A stretch of DNA of 48,324 nucleotides from a bacterium (GTDB taxonomy: Bacteria > Patescibacteriota > Saccharimonadia > Saccharimonadales > JAGQNK01). Location of the stretch: assembly GCA_029557815.1 (NCBI GenBank), contig JAKQHX010000034.1, positions 1 through 48,324 of the forward strand, in the 5' to 3' direction. A model generated the notes under the pieces. The model was not told the origin of the DNA, did not search any database, and was given only the letters and a program-made list of their open reading frames with translations. The translations under genes were made by a program, and so were the position numbers. Below, one piece after another: positions 14,430 to 24,161 of the stretch (its first letter is position 1; every line of letters begins with the position of its first letter).

Positions 14430-16993
14430 CGTGCAAAGCGGTCGTGTTCTTGCTTGATCTTTTGTAGCGCTTCCCTGGCCTCCGCGAGCTGCTCCTTGGT
14501 CTGTTCGACAATCCTTTTCGGGGCGTTTTCTACGTATGACTTGTTGGCGAGCCGACCCTCAAGGTTCTTGATGAGTTGCTGCTGCTCCTCGAGCTTGGTT
14601 TCAAGCTCTGCGACAAACTGTTGCGCCGTCTCTTGGTCGATATCCAGCCAGACGCGCCGCTTCGTTTGGGTGAGGTGCAGGCCGCGGCCATCGCTGACTT
14701 CTTTGATGGCGTTCAGGTGCGCTAGCGATTTGATGAGTTCGGTGTTTGCCGTAATGAACTCATCCCCGGAGTGGTACATGGTCAAACCGCCGTTAATTTT
14801 GAGGGTGGACTTGATGTAACGGACTTCTGTAACAATGTTTTTTACCTCTTCGAAGGTATCAGCAAGCTTGTTGTCGGCTCTCGGCGGCTTTGGCCACTCA
14901 CTCGTGATAAGCAGCGAATCTCCTGTCCACCCGATGGTTTGCCAGATGGTCTCAGTGACAAACGGTGCAAATGGATGTGCGAGCTTCAGGATCGTTTCCA
15001 AGCTGTAGGCCAACACGGAAGCGTTCAGGCTCGTTTTGCTGGCTTCGATGTACCAGTCAGCGAAATCGTCCCAGAGCAAGTGATAGACCAGCTCTGACGC
15101 TTCCGAGAAACGATATTGTTCCATCAATAAAGTACACTGTTCGATAGAGTGTTGTAGTTTGCGCAACATCCAGGCATCAGTTGGATTGTCGACTTTCGGC
15201 CTCTCGGCTGGCTGGTAAGTGTCGCCAATCTTGTCGCTGACAAAGCGAGCGACGTTCCAGAGCTTATTACAGAAGTTGCGGGCACCGATAAGCTTGGCTT
15301 CGGTGAAAGGCTGGTTGCTGCCCGGTGTCTGGCCGGTGATGAGCCCCAGCCGAAGCGCGTCTGATCCGTACTGGTCGAGTTTGTCCATCGGGTTGATGAC
15401 ATTGCCTTTGGATTTACTCATCTTCTGGCCTTTTTCGTCGAGAATGAGTCCGTGCAAGTAGACTTTTTCAAACGGCACCTGGCCGGTGTTGTATAGGCCG
15501 AAGATAATCATCCGTGATACCCAGGGGAAAAGTATGTCCGCCCCGGTCTCCATGACGCTCAGAGGGTAAAAGTCTTTGAAATCTGGGCTGTCAGGGAAGT
15601 CCAATGTGGCGTACGGCCAGCTGGAGCTGGAAAACCAGGTGTCAAAGACGTCCGGGTCGCGATGGTATGTTTTGCCGTCAATTTCCAGGATTTCCTGGTC
15701 AACGCGTTCGTCGTAAATCCAATCTTCGGCGTCGTCGACGTTTTGGAACGCCGGAATCGGAATACCCCACGCAATTTGCCGCGAGATGTTCCAGTCGCGC
15801 AGGTTCTTGTAGTAGGTTATGAGCTGTTGCCTTTTGCTCTCTGGATAGAATGTGATCTTATCATCGCGTAGCGCTTTGATGGCCGGTTTCGCGAGGCGCT
15901 CCATGCTGATAAACCATTGCTCGCGCAGGAGCGGCTGGATAATCGTGCCGCATTTATAACAGTGGCCGACGCTATGGGTATAATCCTCGGTCCTATCAAG
16001 TACGCCGAGGTCGGTCAGGTCTTTGACGACGGCTTCCCTGGCATCCGCTACGTCCAGGCCGCGGTATGGCTGCGGTACGTCGTGGGTCATCCGTCCTTCG
16101 TTACTGATGACAGGCATCATCGGCAAGTCGTGGCGCTGGGCGACGTCGTAGTCATTCGGATCGTGGGCCGGCGTGATTTTGACGGCACCGGTGCCGAAAG
16201 CTTTGTCTACCATTTGATCGGCCAAAACAGGGATTTCGCGCTGTGTCAGAGGCAATCTGAGGGTTTTGCCGAGGAACTGCTTGTATCGTTCATCCTCCGG
16301 GTTAACCGCTACGGCGACGTCACCGAGCATCGTTTCTGGCCGCGTCGTGGCAACGGTGATATGGCCGGAGCCATCAGTCAGCGGATAGTTGATATACCAC
16401 AGATGGCCCTGCTCTTCTTTGTACTCTACCTCGATATCGGCAAAGCCGGTACCATGGAATGTACAGAAGTTTACAAGCCGCTCACCTCTGTAAATGAGCT
16501 CCTCATCCCACATTTTTTTGAAGGTTGCGTAAGCCCGGCGGACTACTTTCTCGTCGAGCGTATAGGTATAGTGAGCCCAGTCAACGCTGGCGCCGAGCCG
16601 GCGGAATTGCGACTCGTAGTTGTCTTTGTTGAGCGCAACGAAATCCCACACCTGACGATATAGCTCCTCGCGCGAGAAATCAAAGCGGCTCTGCCCTTTA
16701 CTGGCCAACTGCTTTTCGTACACGACTTGCGTTTCGAAACCGGCGTGGTCAGCCCCTGGCACAAACAGGGTCTTCTTGCCTGTCATCCGATGGTAGCGGA
16801 TAGCGATATCTTCGATGCCGAGTGTCAGCGCATGGCCAAGGTGCAAGTTGCCGTTGGCGTTCGGTGGCGGTACCACGATACTGTATGTGTCCTTCCCGCC
16901 CCTGTCTTTGGGTTCGAATGCGCCGCTCTTTTCCCAGAGCGCGTAGATGTCACTTTCATATTGGGCGGGTTCATAAACCTTGGGTAGTTTCAT
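14426..16993 (-). CDS. valS: Valine--tRNA ligase
   Basis: PPPNANGNLHLGH, DWNISRQ, DTWFSS, KMSKS, C-terminal coiled coil; start set at MKLPKVYEP (16993). Confidence 0.97.
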   Translation of the reverse strand: MKLPKVYEPAQYESDIYALWEKSGAFEPKDRGGKDTYSIVVPPPNANGNLHLGHALTLGIEDIAIRYHRMTGKKTLFVPGADHAGFETQVVYEKQLASKGQSRFDFSREELYRQVWDFVALNKDNYESQFRRLGASVDWAHYTYTLDEKVVRRAYATFKKMWDEELIYRGERLVNFCTFHGTGFADIEVEYKEEQGHLWYINYPLTDGSGHITVATTRPETMLGDVAVAVNPEDERYKQFLGKTLRLPLTQREIPVLADQMVDKAFGTGAVKITPAHDPNDYDVAQRHDLPMMPVISNEGRMTHDVPQPYRGLDVADAREAVVKDLTDLGVLDRTEDYTHSVGHCYKCGTIIQPLLREQWFISMERLAKPAIKALRDDKITFYPESKRQQLITYYKNLRDWNISRQIAWGIPIPAFQNVDDAEDWIYDERVDQEILEIDGKTYHRDPDVFDTWFSSSSWPYATLDFPDSPDFKDFYPLSVMETGADILFPWVSRMIIFGLYNTGQVPFEKVYLHGLILDEKGQKMSKSKGNVINPMDKLDQYGSDALRLGLITGQTPGSNQPFTEAKLIGARNFCNKLWNVARFVSDKIGDTYQPAERPKVDNPTDAWMLRKLQHSIEQCTLLMEQYRFSEASELVYHLLWDDFADWYIEASKTSLNASVLAYSLETILKLAHPFAPFVTETIWQTIGWTGDSLLITSEWPKPPRADNKLADTFEEVKNIVTEVRYIKSTLKINGGLTMYHSGDEFITANTELIKSLAHLNAIKEVSDGRGLHLTQTKRRVWLDIDQETAQQFVAELETKLEEQQQLIKNLEGRLANKSYVENAPKRIVEQTKEQLAEAREALQKIKQEHDRFAR

Positions 16994-17135
16994 AACTTTG
17001 GTAGTCCGTTTAGAGTTAGCAAATCCTAAGAAGTCCGTAATCAGTCGCCCGAAGGCACACCGCAACGCACAGAACCGAAAACCTCGTAGGATTTTATTTG
17101 CATACGTCTACTCTAACACTTTTAAGGTAAGACAT
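16994..17135 (-). promoter_or_regulatory. Candidate valS leader (Val-codon uORF plus long hairpin)
   Basis: uORF 17135-17094 MSYLKSVRVDVCK*; 17085-17117 is complementary to 17008-17030. Confidence 0.35.
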
Positions 17136-17363
17136 CCACCTCTGTTGGTTTTTCACATGAAATTAGCACAAACATATACAAAGCTTTTTATCAAAAGCCC
17201 TCTACCAGTTCCCTAATTGTTCGTATTTTGTTTGCAATGTACGTGCCTTATAAGGGCAAACAATCGAACTTTTTGTTTTCCTTTCTACCATACGCTCTTT
17301 GACTAACAAAAACAAGAAGCAGGCTATTTACAACTATACGTAAGCATGTTATAATATACAAAC

Positions 17364-17654
17364 ATGACAGATCATATCAAAACAGAAAAACGAACCGTCC
17401 TTGAGCTGCCGATCGCCGAGTTCTGTGCGCCATCAGGTGTCGTTGACGAAAAGGGGAGGGAACTCTCGAACGGCCAAATTATCATGGATGTCTACGAAGC
17501 CCAAGGGTATCGGGTCTGGCCGAGTTCAAATGGGGTCCTGAGCCCGGAAGCGCGGCGCACCAACTCCGAAATAACAAGGAACCCAGATCTATCACCCCAC
17601 CAAAAAGCCGGCGCCTACATTGTCGCTATCCGGGCTGAACGTCCGGTACAGTAA
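17364..17654 (+). CDS. Hypothetical protein
   Basis: 96 aa ORF preceded by TTTACA-N17-TATAAT (17327-17355). Confidence 0.65.
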   Translation: MTDHIKTEKRTVLELPIAEFCAPSGVVDEKGRELSNGQIIMDVYEAQGYRVWPSSNGVLSPEARRTNSEITRNPDLSPHQKAGAYIVAIRAERPVQ

Positions 17655-17664
17655 GGCGAGACCA

Positions 17665-17693
17665 TTGACAAAACGCTTAAGTTTTGCTATAAT
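17665..17693 (+). promoter_or_regulatory. Consensus sigma-70/sigA promoter
   Basis: TTGACA-N17-TATAAT with extended -10 TG. Confidence 0.85.
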
Positions 17694-17773
17694 GTATATA
17701 TGACCAATAAAAATAAAAACATACAAAAAGCAGCTCTGACACAACCGGTGCCAGGCATACATTAGGCAGTACG

Positions 17774-18505
17774 ATGCAGACCAAATATGTACCCAAACAA
17801 CCATTCGTTGCACATCGCGATGCTATTGTGGAGCTTGTTGACCACGAGACAGAAGAGCGCGTGGACCGTATCGAGAAAGAGTTTACCGATGGCTTTAACC
17901 TTATCAATGAATATCACTACACAGTAACGGTATTTGGCTCGGCGCGCGTGACAGAAAGCCACCCCGACTACCAGCGGGCGAGGGAGCTGACAGGTAAGTT
18001 GGCAAAAGAGGGCTTCGCGATCGTGACCGGTGGCGGCGGTGGCATCATGGAAGCGGCCAACCGCGGGGCTTTTGAAGCCAATGGCAAGTCGGTAGGGCTG
18101 AATATCAACCTGCCACACGAGCAGGTGCTGAATCCATACACGACTGAGTCACTGGCATTTCGCTACTTCTTTGCCCGTAAGGTAATGCTTGTGTATGCGG
18201 CGAGTGCACTAATCGTCTTCCCAGGCGGTTTCGGCACGATGGACGAAATGTTCGAGGCCATCACACTGGTTCAGACAGGCAAGATGCCGAGCTTACCGAT
18301 TATCCTTGTGGGCACCGAATTCTGGAAGCCTTTGGATGAGTTTATTCGCGGTCACATGCTTGCCGAAGACTTGATTAGCCCTGGTGACGAAGTGTTGTAC
18401 CACATGACTGATGACCTTGACGAGATCGTGCAGATCGTTACGTATCACCGCGACGCCACATCTGTTTTGGCTGCTTCGTATAGCTCCGAATTGTCACATG
18501 CTTAG
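17774..18505 (+). CDS. LOG family (TIGR00730-type) nucleotide-binding protein
   Basis: VTVFGSAR, TGGGGGIMEAANRGA, FRYFFARKVM, PGGFGTMDE. Confidence 0.92.
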   Translation: MQTKYVPKQPFVAHRDAIVELVDHETEERVDRIEKEFTDGFNLINEYHYTVTVFGSARVTESHPDYQRARELTGKLAKEGFAIVTGGGGGIMEAANRGAFEANGKSVGLNINLPHEQVLNPYTTESLAFRYFFARKVMLVYAASALIVFPGGFGTMDEMFEAITLVQTGKMPSLPIILVGTEFWKPLDEFIRGHMLAEDLISPGDEVLYHMTDDLDEIVQIVTYHRDATSVLAASYSSELSHA

Positions 18506-19555
18506 GTTTGGGGAAATATTAAGCGTATAGGGGTCGGCGGTTGGCCGGCCTTCTTGCACGTGAAAGCAGCCGAGCGTGGCAATCATGGCGCCATTGTCGG
18601 TGCAAAGTTTCGGGTCGGTATATTCGGCGGGGAAGGGCAGGCGTTCGGCCAGTTGGCGACGGAGTTCGGTGCTGGCAGCTACGCCGCCGCCGATGACGAC
18701 GCTCGCAGGTTGGAATTCTTCGACGGCTAGGATGGTTTTGTCTACTACTGTTTCCACGGCTATACGCTGGAAACTAGCGGCGATGTCGGCTTTTTGTTGC
18801 TCGGTGAGCCGGGCGGCGATTTCATACGATGGAAATTCATGCGTTTCGCCGATGGCTTTTTGGGCGGTCCTTAGTACCGCAGTCTTGAGGCCGCTATACG
18901 AATAGTCATACTTCGCCGCTAGTTTTGCTTTCGGGAATTTGTATGTAGCAGGGTCGCCCTCGCTAGCTTTCTTCGCAATGCTGGGGCCGCCAGGATAGGG
19001 CAGACCAAGGATTTTGGCAACTTTGTCAAACGCTTCGCCGATGGCATCGTCATGGGTCTGGCCGAGCAGCGTGTAGTCGAAATGGTTCCGCCACAGCACG
19101 AGCTGACTGTGCCCACCGGAGACAATGAGTCCAAGTAAGGGGAACGTCGGTTGCTTCTGGGGCAACGTGAAGCCCTCCAGCGGCGTTTCCGTCAGAAAGT
19201 TGGCGTAGATGTGTCCCTCGACATGATTGATGGCGTACAGCGGCTTACGTTTCACGATAGCCAGTGTCCGTGCGGTCATGACGCCGACCAGCAATGAACC
19301 GCCCAGACCCGCGCCATGAGTAACGGCTATGGCATCAATATCATCCCAGCCTAGACCCGCTTGTCGAAAGGCGCCTTCCAGTGTCGGTGTCATAGCTGTG
19401 ATGTGTTCGCGGGCGGCCAGTTCTGGTACGACACCGCCGTACTCGGCATGGATGTCCATGCTGCTGGCCGTTACACAGGCTAATAACTCGCGGCCATCAC
19501 GTACAATGCCGACACTGGTTTCGTCACAGCTCGTTTCGATACCAAGAACAATCAT
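18494..19555 (-). CDS. tsaD: tRNA N6-threonylcarbamoyltransferase TsaD
   Basis: LGIETSCDET, GGVVPELAAREH, HVEGH, VSGGHSQL, GEAFDKVA, CTDNGAMIA; start moved to 19555. Confidence 0.96.
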   Translation of the reverse strand: MIVLGIETSCDETSVGIVRDGRELLACVTASSMDIHAEYGGVVPELAAREHITAMTPTLEGAFRQAGLGWDDIDAIAVTHGAGLGGSLLVGVMTARTLAIVKRKPLYAINHVEGHIYANFLTETPLEGFTLPQKQPTFPLLGLIVSGGHSQLVLWRNHFDYTLLGQTHDDAIGEAFDKVAKILGLPYPGGPSIAKKASEGDPATYKFPKAKLAAKYDYSYSGLKTAVLRTAQKAIGETHEFPSYEIAARLTEQQKADIAASFQRIAVETVVDKTILAVEEFQPASVVIGGGVAASTELRRQLAERLPFPAEYTDPKLCTDNGAMIATLGCFHVQEGRPTADPYTLNISPNLSM

Positions 19556-19616
19556 TTGACGTAGTATAACAGATGAAGGAATTGTAAAAAATAAGTATAA
19601 GTGGTATAGTAAACAT

Positions 19617-20198
19617 ATGAGCACTGAATCATTCGGGCAGGACCCATATCCTTACGGGGCACCACTTACCGAAGGGGAGAGCCAAGTCTTTGCTGAGGTT
19701 CGGCGTGAGTTCGTGGAGGGCGACCGCGCTCGTTGTGTGTTGGCGGACGAAACGCCAGGTACAGTACTGCGGATGAACACCCTTGTCGGAGTGGCAACCT
19801 TTGCAATTCATTCCTGGGGAACAGGGCATGAGATAGTACCCGGTACTGCCGTGTATGCAAAAACCGTCGAAAACCATATCCGGGAGATTTCTACGAGTGA
19901 GTTCAAAATTTTTGGTGCATCCGAAGAAAGAACAATGCTAAACCTAGGTACGATTGATGAGTGTGCAGATTTGATGGTCGCTCCGCTGACAGTCGGCCCT
20001 CTGTGGGAAGAAGATATGGCAATGAGCGAGGAGGAATTCCAGATACAGGTTGCGCACGGTGCGATTATCTACACTCAGATGGGCTATCTCCGTCGTGTCG
20101 AACGGGAGCCCGTTGTTATACCGGGTGTTGTATCGCTGGAGCGCGTCGTCCGGAAAAAGGGCGACGAGGCAGCCACTTTCTTTCCCCGGCTTCCTTGA
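19617..20198 (+). CDS. Hypothetical protein
   Basis: 193 aa ORF; TGgTATAGT 6 nt before ATG. Confidence 0.65.
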   Translation: MSTESFGQDPYPYGAPLTEGESQVFAEVRREFVEGDRARCVLADETPGTVLRMNTLVGVATFAIHSWGTGHEIVPGTAVYAKTVENHIREISTSEFKIFGASEERTMLNLGTIDECADLMVAPLTVGPLWEEDMAMSEEEFQIQVAHGAIIYTQMGYLRRVEREPVVIPGVVSLERVVRKKGDEAATFFPRLP

Positions 20199-20240
20199 GG
20201 ATAGTACTAATCCTACCCAATCTACAGTATGATTGAAGGG

Positions 20241-21593
20241 ATGAACCCGCGAAAAATTGTCAAAAAGGTTATCCCGACCAGTTTATTCAAAGCAATTGAG
20301 CCGCTGGGGCACAAGGGCGAGGCAATTGCATTCGCCACACTCAACGGTTTTCCGGCAAAGGGTTTGAAGGTCATTGGCGTTACTGGTACCAACGGCAAGA
20401 CGAGCACCTGTTTTATCATCCACAAGATGCTGACGGAGGCCGGGTTCAAGACCGGACTCATGACAACCGTCGCCTACGGCGTTGGCGATGATATCAAGCC
20501 GCAAGTGGCGCATATGACGACCGTATCGGTACCGCTCCTCAATAAGCGTATCAAGGCCATGAAAGAGCAGGGCGCCGAGTACTTGGTGCTGGAGGTGACA
20601 AGCCACGCGCTTGCGCAACACCGTGTCTGGGGCGTGCCGTTTTCCATCGCGGTCATGACCAACATAACTCATGAACACCTGGATTATCACGGCACCTTCG
20701 AGAAGTATCGAGACGCAAAACGAATGCTATTCAAGCAAACAAATCGGAACCGCAACGGCTTGCAACTCGGTATCGTGAATGCTGACGATACAAATGCCGA
20801 ACTTTTCGCTCGTGACACCAAAGACTCTGTTTCGTATGGTCTGAAAAATGGTGATATTCGGGCAACCAAAGTGAAGCTGACGCCATCCGGCAGCCGTTAT
20901 GTAGCAGTTGCCGGTGAGGACGAGTACCGCATAGAGTGCCATCTGCCGGGCAGCTTCAATGTCAGTAACTCACTGGCGGCGGTGGCTGTCGGCCGGGCGT
21001 TGGGCCTCACCAAGGATCAGATACAGAAAGGCATCGCCGCGCTCCGGACCGTCGAAGGTCGGATGGAGCGCATCGATGAAGGCCAGGACTTTGACGTTAT
21101 CATCGACTATGCCCATACACCGGACAGCTTCGAGAAACTGTTCCGTGATCTCAAGCCGGTAGTACAGGGCAAGCTCATCGCACTCTTCGGGTCAGCCGGC
21201 CGGCGTGATGAAGCCAAGCGTGCCGAACAGGGGCGTATCGCCGGTAAGTACGCCGACGAAATCATCGTGACCGAAGAAGATGACCGTGACATGGACGGAC
21301 AGGAGATTATGGAGCAGATAGCTGGTGGGGTCATCCAGGCTGGCAAGCAGCAGGATAAGGACTTGTTCCTCGTACATGACCGTGCCAAGGCAATTGCTTT
21401 TGCGTTTAGGCGAGCAAAAAAAGGCGACACAGTAATCCTGCTCGGCAAGGGCCACGAAAAAGATATCCTCCGCGGCGGTCCGCGCGCCGCTGAACTGCGT
21501 CATTTGCCCCAGGACGACCACGACCCCCAGCGGGTTGTCGAACACCCTTGGAACGAAGTCGAAGAAGCCAAAAAAGCCCTCAAGAAAATCTAA
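20241..21593 (+). CDS. murE: MurE-family UDP-MurNAc-tripeptide synthetase
   Basis: GVTGTNGKTST, LEVTSH, TNITHEHLDYHGT, GRME, IDYAHTPD, LLGKGHE; alternative start 20229. Confidence 0.9.
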   Translation: MNPRKIVKKVIPTSLFKAIEPLGHKGEAIAFATLNGFPAKGLKVIGVTGTNGKTSTCFIIHKMLTEAGFKTGLMTTVAYGVGDDIKPQVAHMTTVSVPLLNKRIKAMKEQGAEYLVLEVTSHALAQHRVWGVPFSIAVMTNITHEHLDYHGTFEKYRDAKRMLFKQTNRNRNGLQLGIVNADDTNAELFARDTKDSVSYGLKNGDIRATKVKLTPSGSRYVAVAGEDEYRIECHLPGSFNVSNSLAAVAVGRALGLTKDQIQKGIAALRTVEGRMERIDEGQDFDVIIDYAHTPDSFEKLFRDLKPVVQGKLIALFGSAGRRDEAKRAEQGRIAGKYADEIIVTEEDDRDMDGQEIMEQIAGGVIQAGKQQDKDLFLVHDRAKAIAFAFRRAKKGDTVILLGKGHEKDILRGGPRAAELRHLPQDDHDPQRVVEHPWNEVEEAKKALKKI

Positions 21594-21660
21594 GCGATAC
21601 ACAACACTTGCAAAATAAGCAAAAGCATGATACAATGCTATTGGTAAGTAGAAAATAAAA

Positions 21661-22194
21661 ATGACAGAACAAGAAACTCTAAAAATACTCCAACGTCCTG
21701 ACCTAGGTGTTGAAGCCATCGCCCAAGCTGAGCCTATAACGGTCTCCAGAGAACATTTTCCATGGCTATCGTCCGAACAAATGGACGTACCGACCGTCCA
21801 CGTCAAGCTCGAGGACGGCACCACCCAATTCAGATATGGGAGTCTCGTCGGTTGTAATCCGGGCACTGAGAAGCTTGCTGCCGAAGTCCCTCCCCAGCAA
21901 TCCAAAAATGCCGAGCAGGGTATGTTCAAAGCGCTTGCCGCCTTACTGAATGGTCAGCATGCGACAAGCGTCGACAGTATGTCACAGTATGTTGCCGGGG
22001 ATATTCCGGTATTCAAAACTGCTAAAAAAGGTGCTGACGTCTCGAGATTGTATTTCGCGGTGACTTCTGACACTGACGGGCAGCCACTTGTGTTCAAGTT
22101 GGGTGTAGCAAAGCATAAAAAACAAGATAGCTTGCTCGCTATACTAAAGGGAACGCCCGGCGAAAAACGAAAAAAGGATGGCGGCAAACGCTAA
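21661..22194 (+). CDS. Hypothetical protein
   Basis: 177 aa ORF with promoter TTGCAA-N17-TACAAT (21608-21636). Confidence 0.65.
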   Translation: MTEQETLKILQRPDLGVEAIAQAEPITVSREHFPWLSSEQMDVPTVHVKLEDGTTQFRYGSLVGCNPGTEKLAAEVPPQQSKNAEQGMFKALAALLNGQHATSVDSMSQYVAGDIPVFKTAKKGADVSRLYFAVTSDTDGQPLVFKLGVAKHKKQDSLLAILKGTPGEKRKKDGGKR

Positions 22195-22216
22195 ACTATG
22201 GTATAATATGGGTACT

Positions 22217-22552
22217 ATGCCTGGCTACAGCGAGAGACATCTGGGAGACGAAAGAGTATTTGACGACGCTTTTGAGGCGGTTTCTCATAATATTGACGAT
22301 CAAGACCGCCTGCAGGCGATTGAAGTTGCCTTAACCCATAATGGCAAAAGGTATGCGCTAGCAGTCGAAACCTACGGCATGCATCTGGCACGTGTTGAGC
22401 CGGATGCTGAGGAGACCGAGACGGATGGTGACCCGACGCTCGTCATCCCCGTAGAAGAAATCCTACCTTCGGATTTAGTAAATATCAGACACACTCCGTT
22501 TGAAGAGCTTGAGCCGTACTTGGTACTGCAAGAGCCGGACGACGAGATCTAA
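22217..22552 (+). CDS. Hypothetical acidic protein
   Basis: Start moved to ATG 22217, downstream of TGgTATAAT. Confidence 0.6.
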   Translation: MPGYSERHLGDERVFDDAFEAVSHNIDDQDRLQAIEVALTHNGKRYALAVETYGMHLARVEPDAEETETDGDPTLVIPVEEILPSDLVNIRHTPFEELEPYLVLQEPDDEI

Positions 22553-23436
22553 TTATCTAGTGTCAGGGTAGTGCAGCGGATGTAGCCGCCGCCTTTGGCG
22601 AGCTCGGTGATTTCCGGTGTGATAACGGTGAAGCCGCGGGCTTCCAGTTCGGTCCTGAACTTTGGTGCGTGAGCGCTCATGACCACTGTTTCGCCGGTAG
22701 AGACGAGGTTGCAGGCAAAACCTTTCGTAGCTTCATGTCGGCTGACCTCTATTTTTTCCACGCCGTCATAGCTCCGAAGTAATTGGCGGCTTGGGCGCGT
22801 GAAGGCTTCCGGACACCAGGCGATAAGGCCTTTCCGGCCACCGCCAGGGGCGCGAAGTACGGCAAGCGCCAAGTCGATATCGTAGTAAAAACTATCCGGC
22901 CAGCCGGTAGTTTTGTTGATGATCCGTGGGCCAAACCCATGCCATCGGCGCTCCGGAATGGTCCGTAGGCTTATGACGTTATAGCCAAGTGTGTCTGCCA
23001 AGAAGCTATGTACTTCCCGGTCGGTCCGGTATTCGGAGCCGACGAACAAGTCATTGCCACAAGGAAGAGCATCGCCTTGGCCACTGAATCGCAAGCCGTC
23101 CGGTACGTGGATGATTTCTTTGCCTAGCCCCCGTAAAATTTCTTCTGCATACGGTTCCTCGGCTCCACGCTTGTTCGGCAAGCGCGCCATGACGGCTTTG
23201 TCTCCACGGCAAAGCGCCCAGTTGGCGGTGTAGACACCATCTTGGCAGTCATCTGGCGGCGGTACAAGCACAACGTTGACACCGGCACTTTCAAGCGCTT
23301 GTTTGATGGCAGTATGTTCCGCCTTGGCCTTTCCAGCATCAATGGGAACGTGCGAATTCATGTAGGCGTTGATGGGAAACCTGTCATCAAAGTAATCCAC
23401 CCCGGACATCAAAACGGTATGGTTCAAACCAAGCAT
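22549..23436 (-). CDS. Amidinotransferase/dimethylarginine dimethylaminohydrolase (pentein) family protein
   Basis: INAYM, DGVYTANWAL, FSGQGDAL, FACNLVS, ELAKGGGYIRCTTL with catalytic Cys. Confidence 0.88.
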   Translation of the reverse strand: MLGLNHTVLMSGVDYFDDRFPINAYMNSHVPIDAGKAKAEHTAIKQALESAGVNVVLVPPPDDCQDGVYTANWALCRGDKAVMARLPNKRGAEEPYAEEILRGLGKEIIHVPDGLRFSGQGDALPCGNDLFVGSEYRTDREVHSFLADTLGYNVISLRTIPERRWHGFGPRIINKTTGWPDSFYYDIDLALAVLRAPGGGRKGLIAWCPEAFTRPSRQLLRSYDGVEKIEVSRHEATKGFACNLVSTGETVVMSAHAPKFRTELEARGFTVITPEITELAKGGGYIRCTTLTLDN

Positions 23437-23504
23437 TAGTACGATTGTAGCATAAGGGGTGAAATGAGTTGAAAAAAGATAGTTATTATGCTATAATCAT
23501 ACAT

Positions 23505-24161
23505 ATGTCTGAACAGATGTCCCACACCAGTGCCCATCTCCACGAAGTAGTCAGCGCGTTGGCTATGGCTCATGGCGGCCGGTATGTAGAAACCCATCTG
23601 CGTTTTAGCCTTGGCCTCAACGGGGGCCTTGACGTGGTTATTACCGACCCTGAGACCGGTGGACGCGACCGCTTGCTGGTGACCCAGGAATCACCCGGAG
23701 ATATGGAAGTATACGATAAGCTCGCTGCGGCGGGCGTTCCCCAATTGACGCGTTCTGTACAAGCGGACGGTGTGGCCATGTACCGTCTGCCATTCCAGGC
23801 GAAGCCACTATCCCGCGAGCGGCTGTTCGTTGAACACTCTTCAAGCAGCACGTATGTGAGCGATGTGGAGCTGTTCGCTGGCGTGGGAAATCTCTGGCAC
23901 AAAGTCTACGCAGTAACAGGGCAGTTGCCCGCCAGTGACGTGCTGTCGTCGACAGTAGTCCTTGATTTCAAAGATATGAGCGAAACCCTCGTGCCCACAC
24001 CGCCTTATAGTTCTTGGTTGCCAATTACCGACCAGGCTGCAGCCGTGCAGCACATAGAGGCCGTCGTCGCTGAGGAGTTGCAAGGCATGAACCCCCATAT
24101 TTCGCACGGACCGCTTCTGGATGCAATGACAACTGGGTGGCATCATGGCGCTACACACTAA
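23505..24161 (+). CDS. Hypothetical protein, possibly a degenerate kinase fold
   Basis: TTGAAA-N17-TATAAT 7 nt before ATG 23505; overlaps the next gene by 17 nt. Confidence 0.6.
   Translation: MSEQMSHTSAHLHEVVSALAMAHGGRYVETHLRFSLGLNGGLDVVITDPETGGRDRLLVTQESPGDMEVYDKLAAAGVPQLTRSVQADGVAMYRLPFQAKPLSRERLFVEHSSSSTYVSDVELFAGVGNLWHKVYAVTGQLPASDVLSSTVVLDFKDMSETLVPTPPYSSWLPITDQAAAVQHIEAVVAEELQGMNPHISHGPLLDAMTTGWHHGATH

Noticed and set aside
16994-17160. Classical T-box upstream of valS
   Set aside because: No GGTGGNACCGCG T-box sequence and no terminator/antiterminator with a U-tract.
17219-17269. Imperfect inverted repeat TTGTTTGC/GCAAACAA
   Set aside because: Short stem with a large loop in AT-rich DNA; could arise by chance.
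22549-23436. Arginine deiminase pathway (arcABC)
   Set aside because: Stand-alone ~295-aa pentein protein, shorter than ArcA; no arcB, arcC or arcD nearby.
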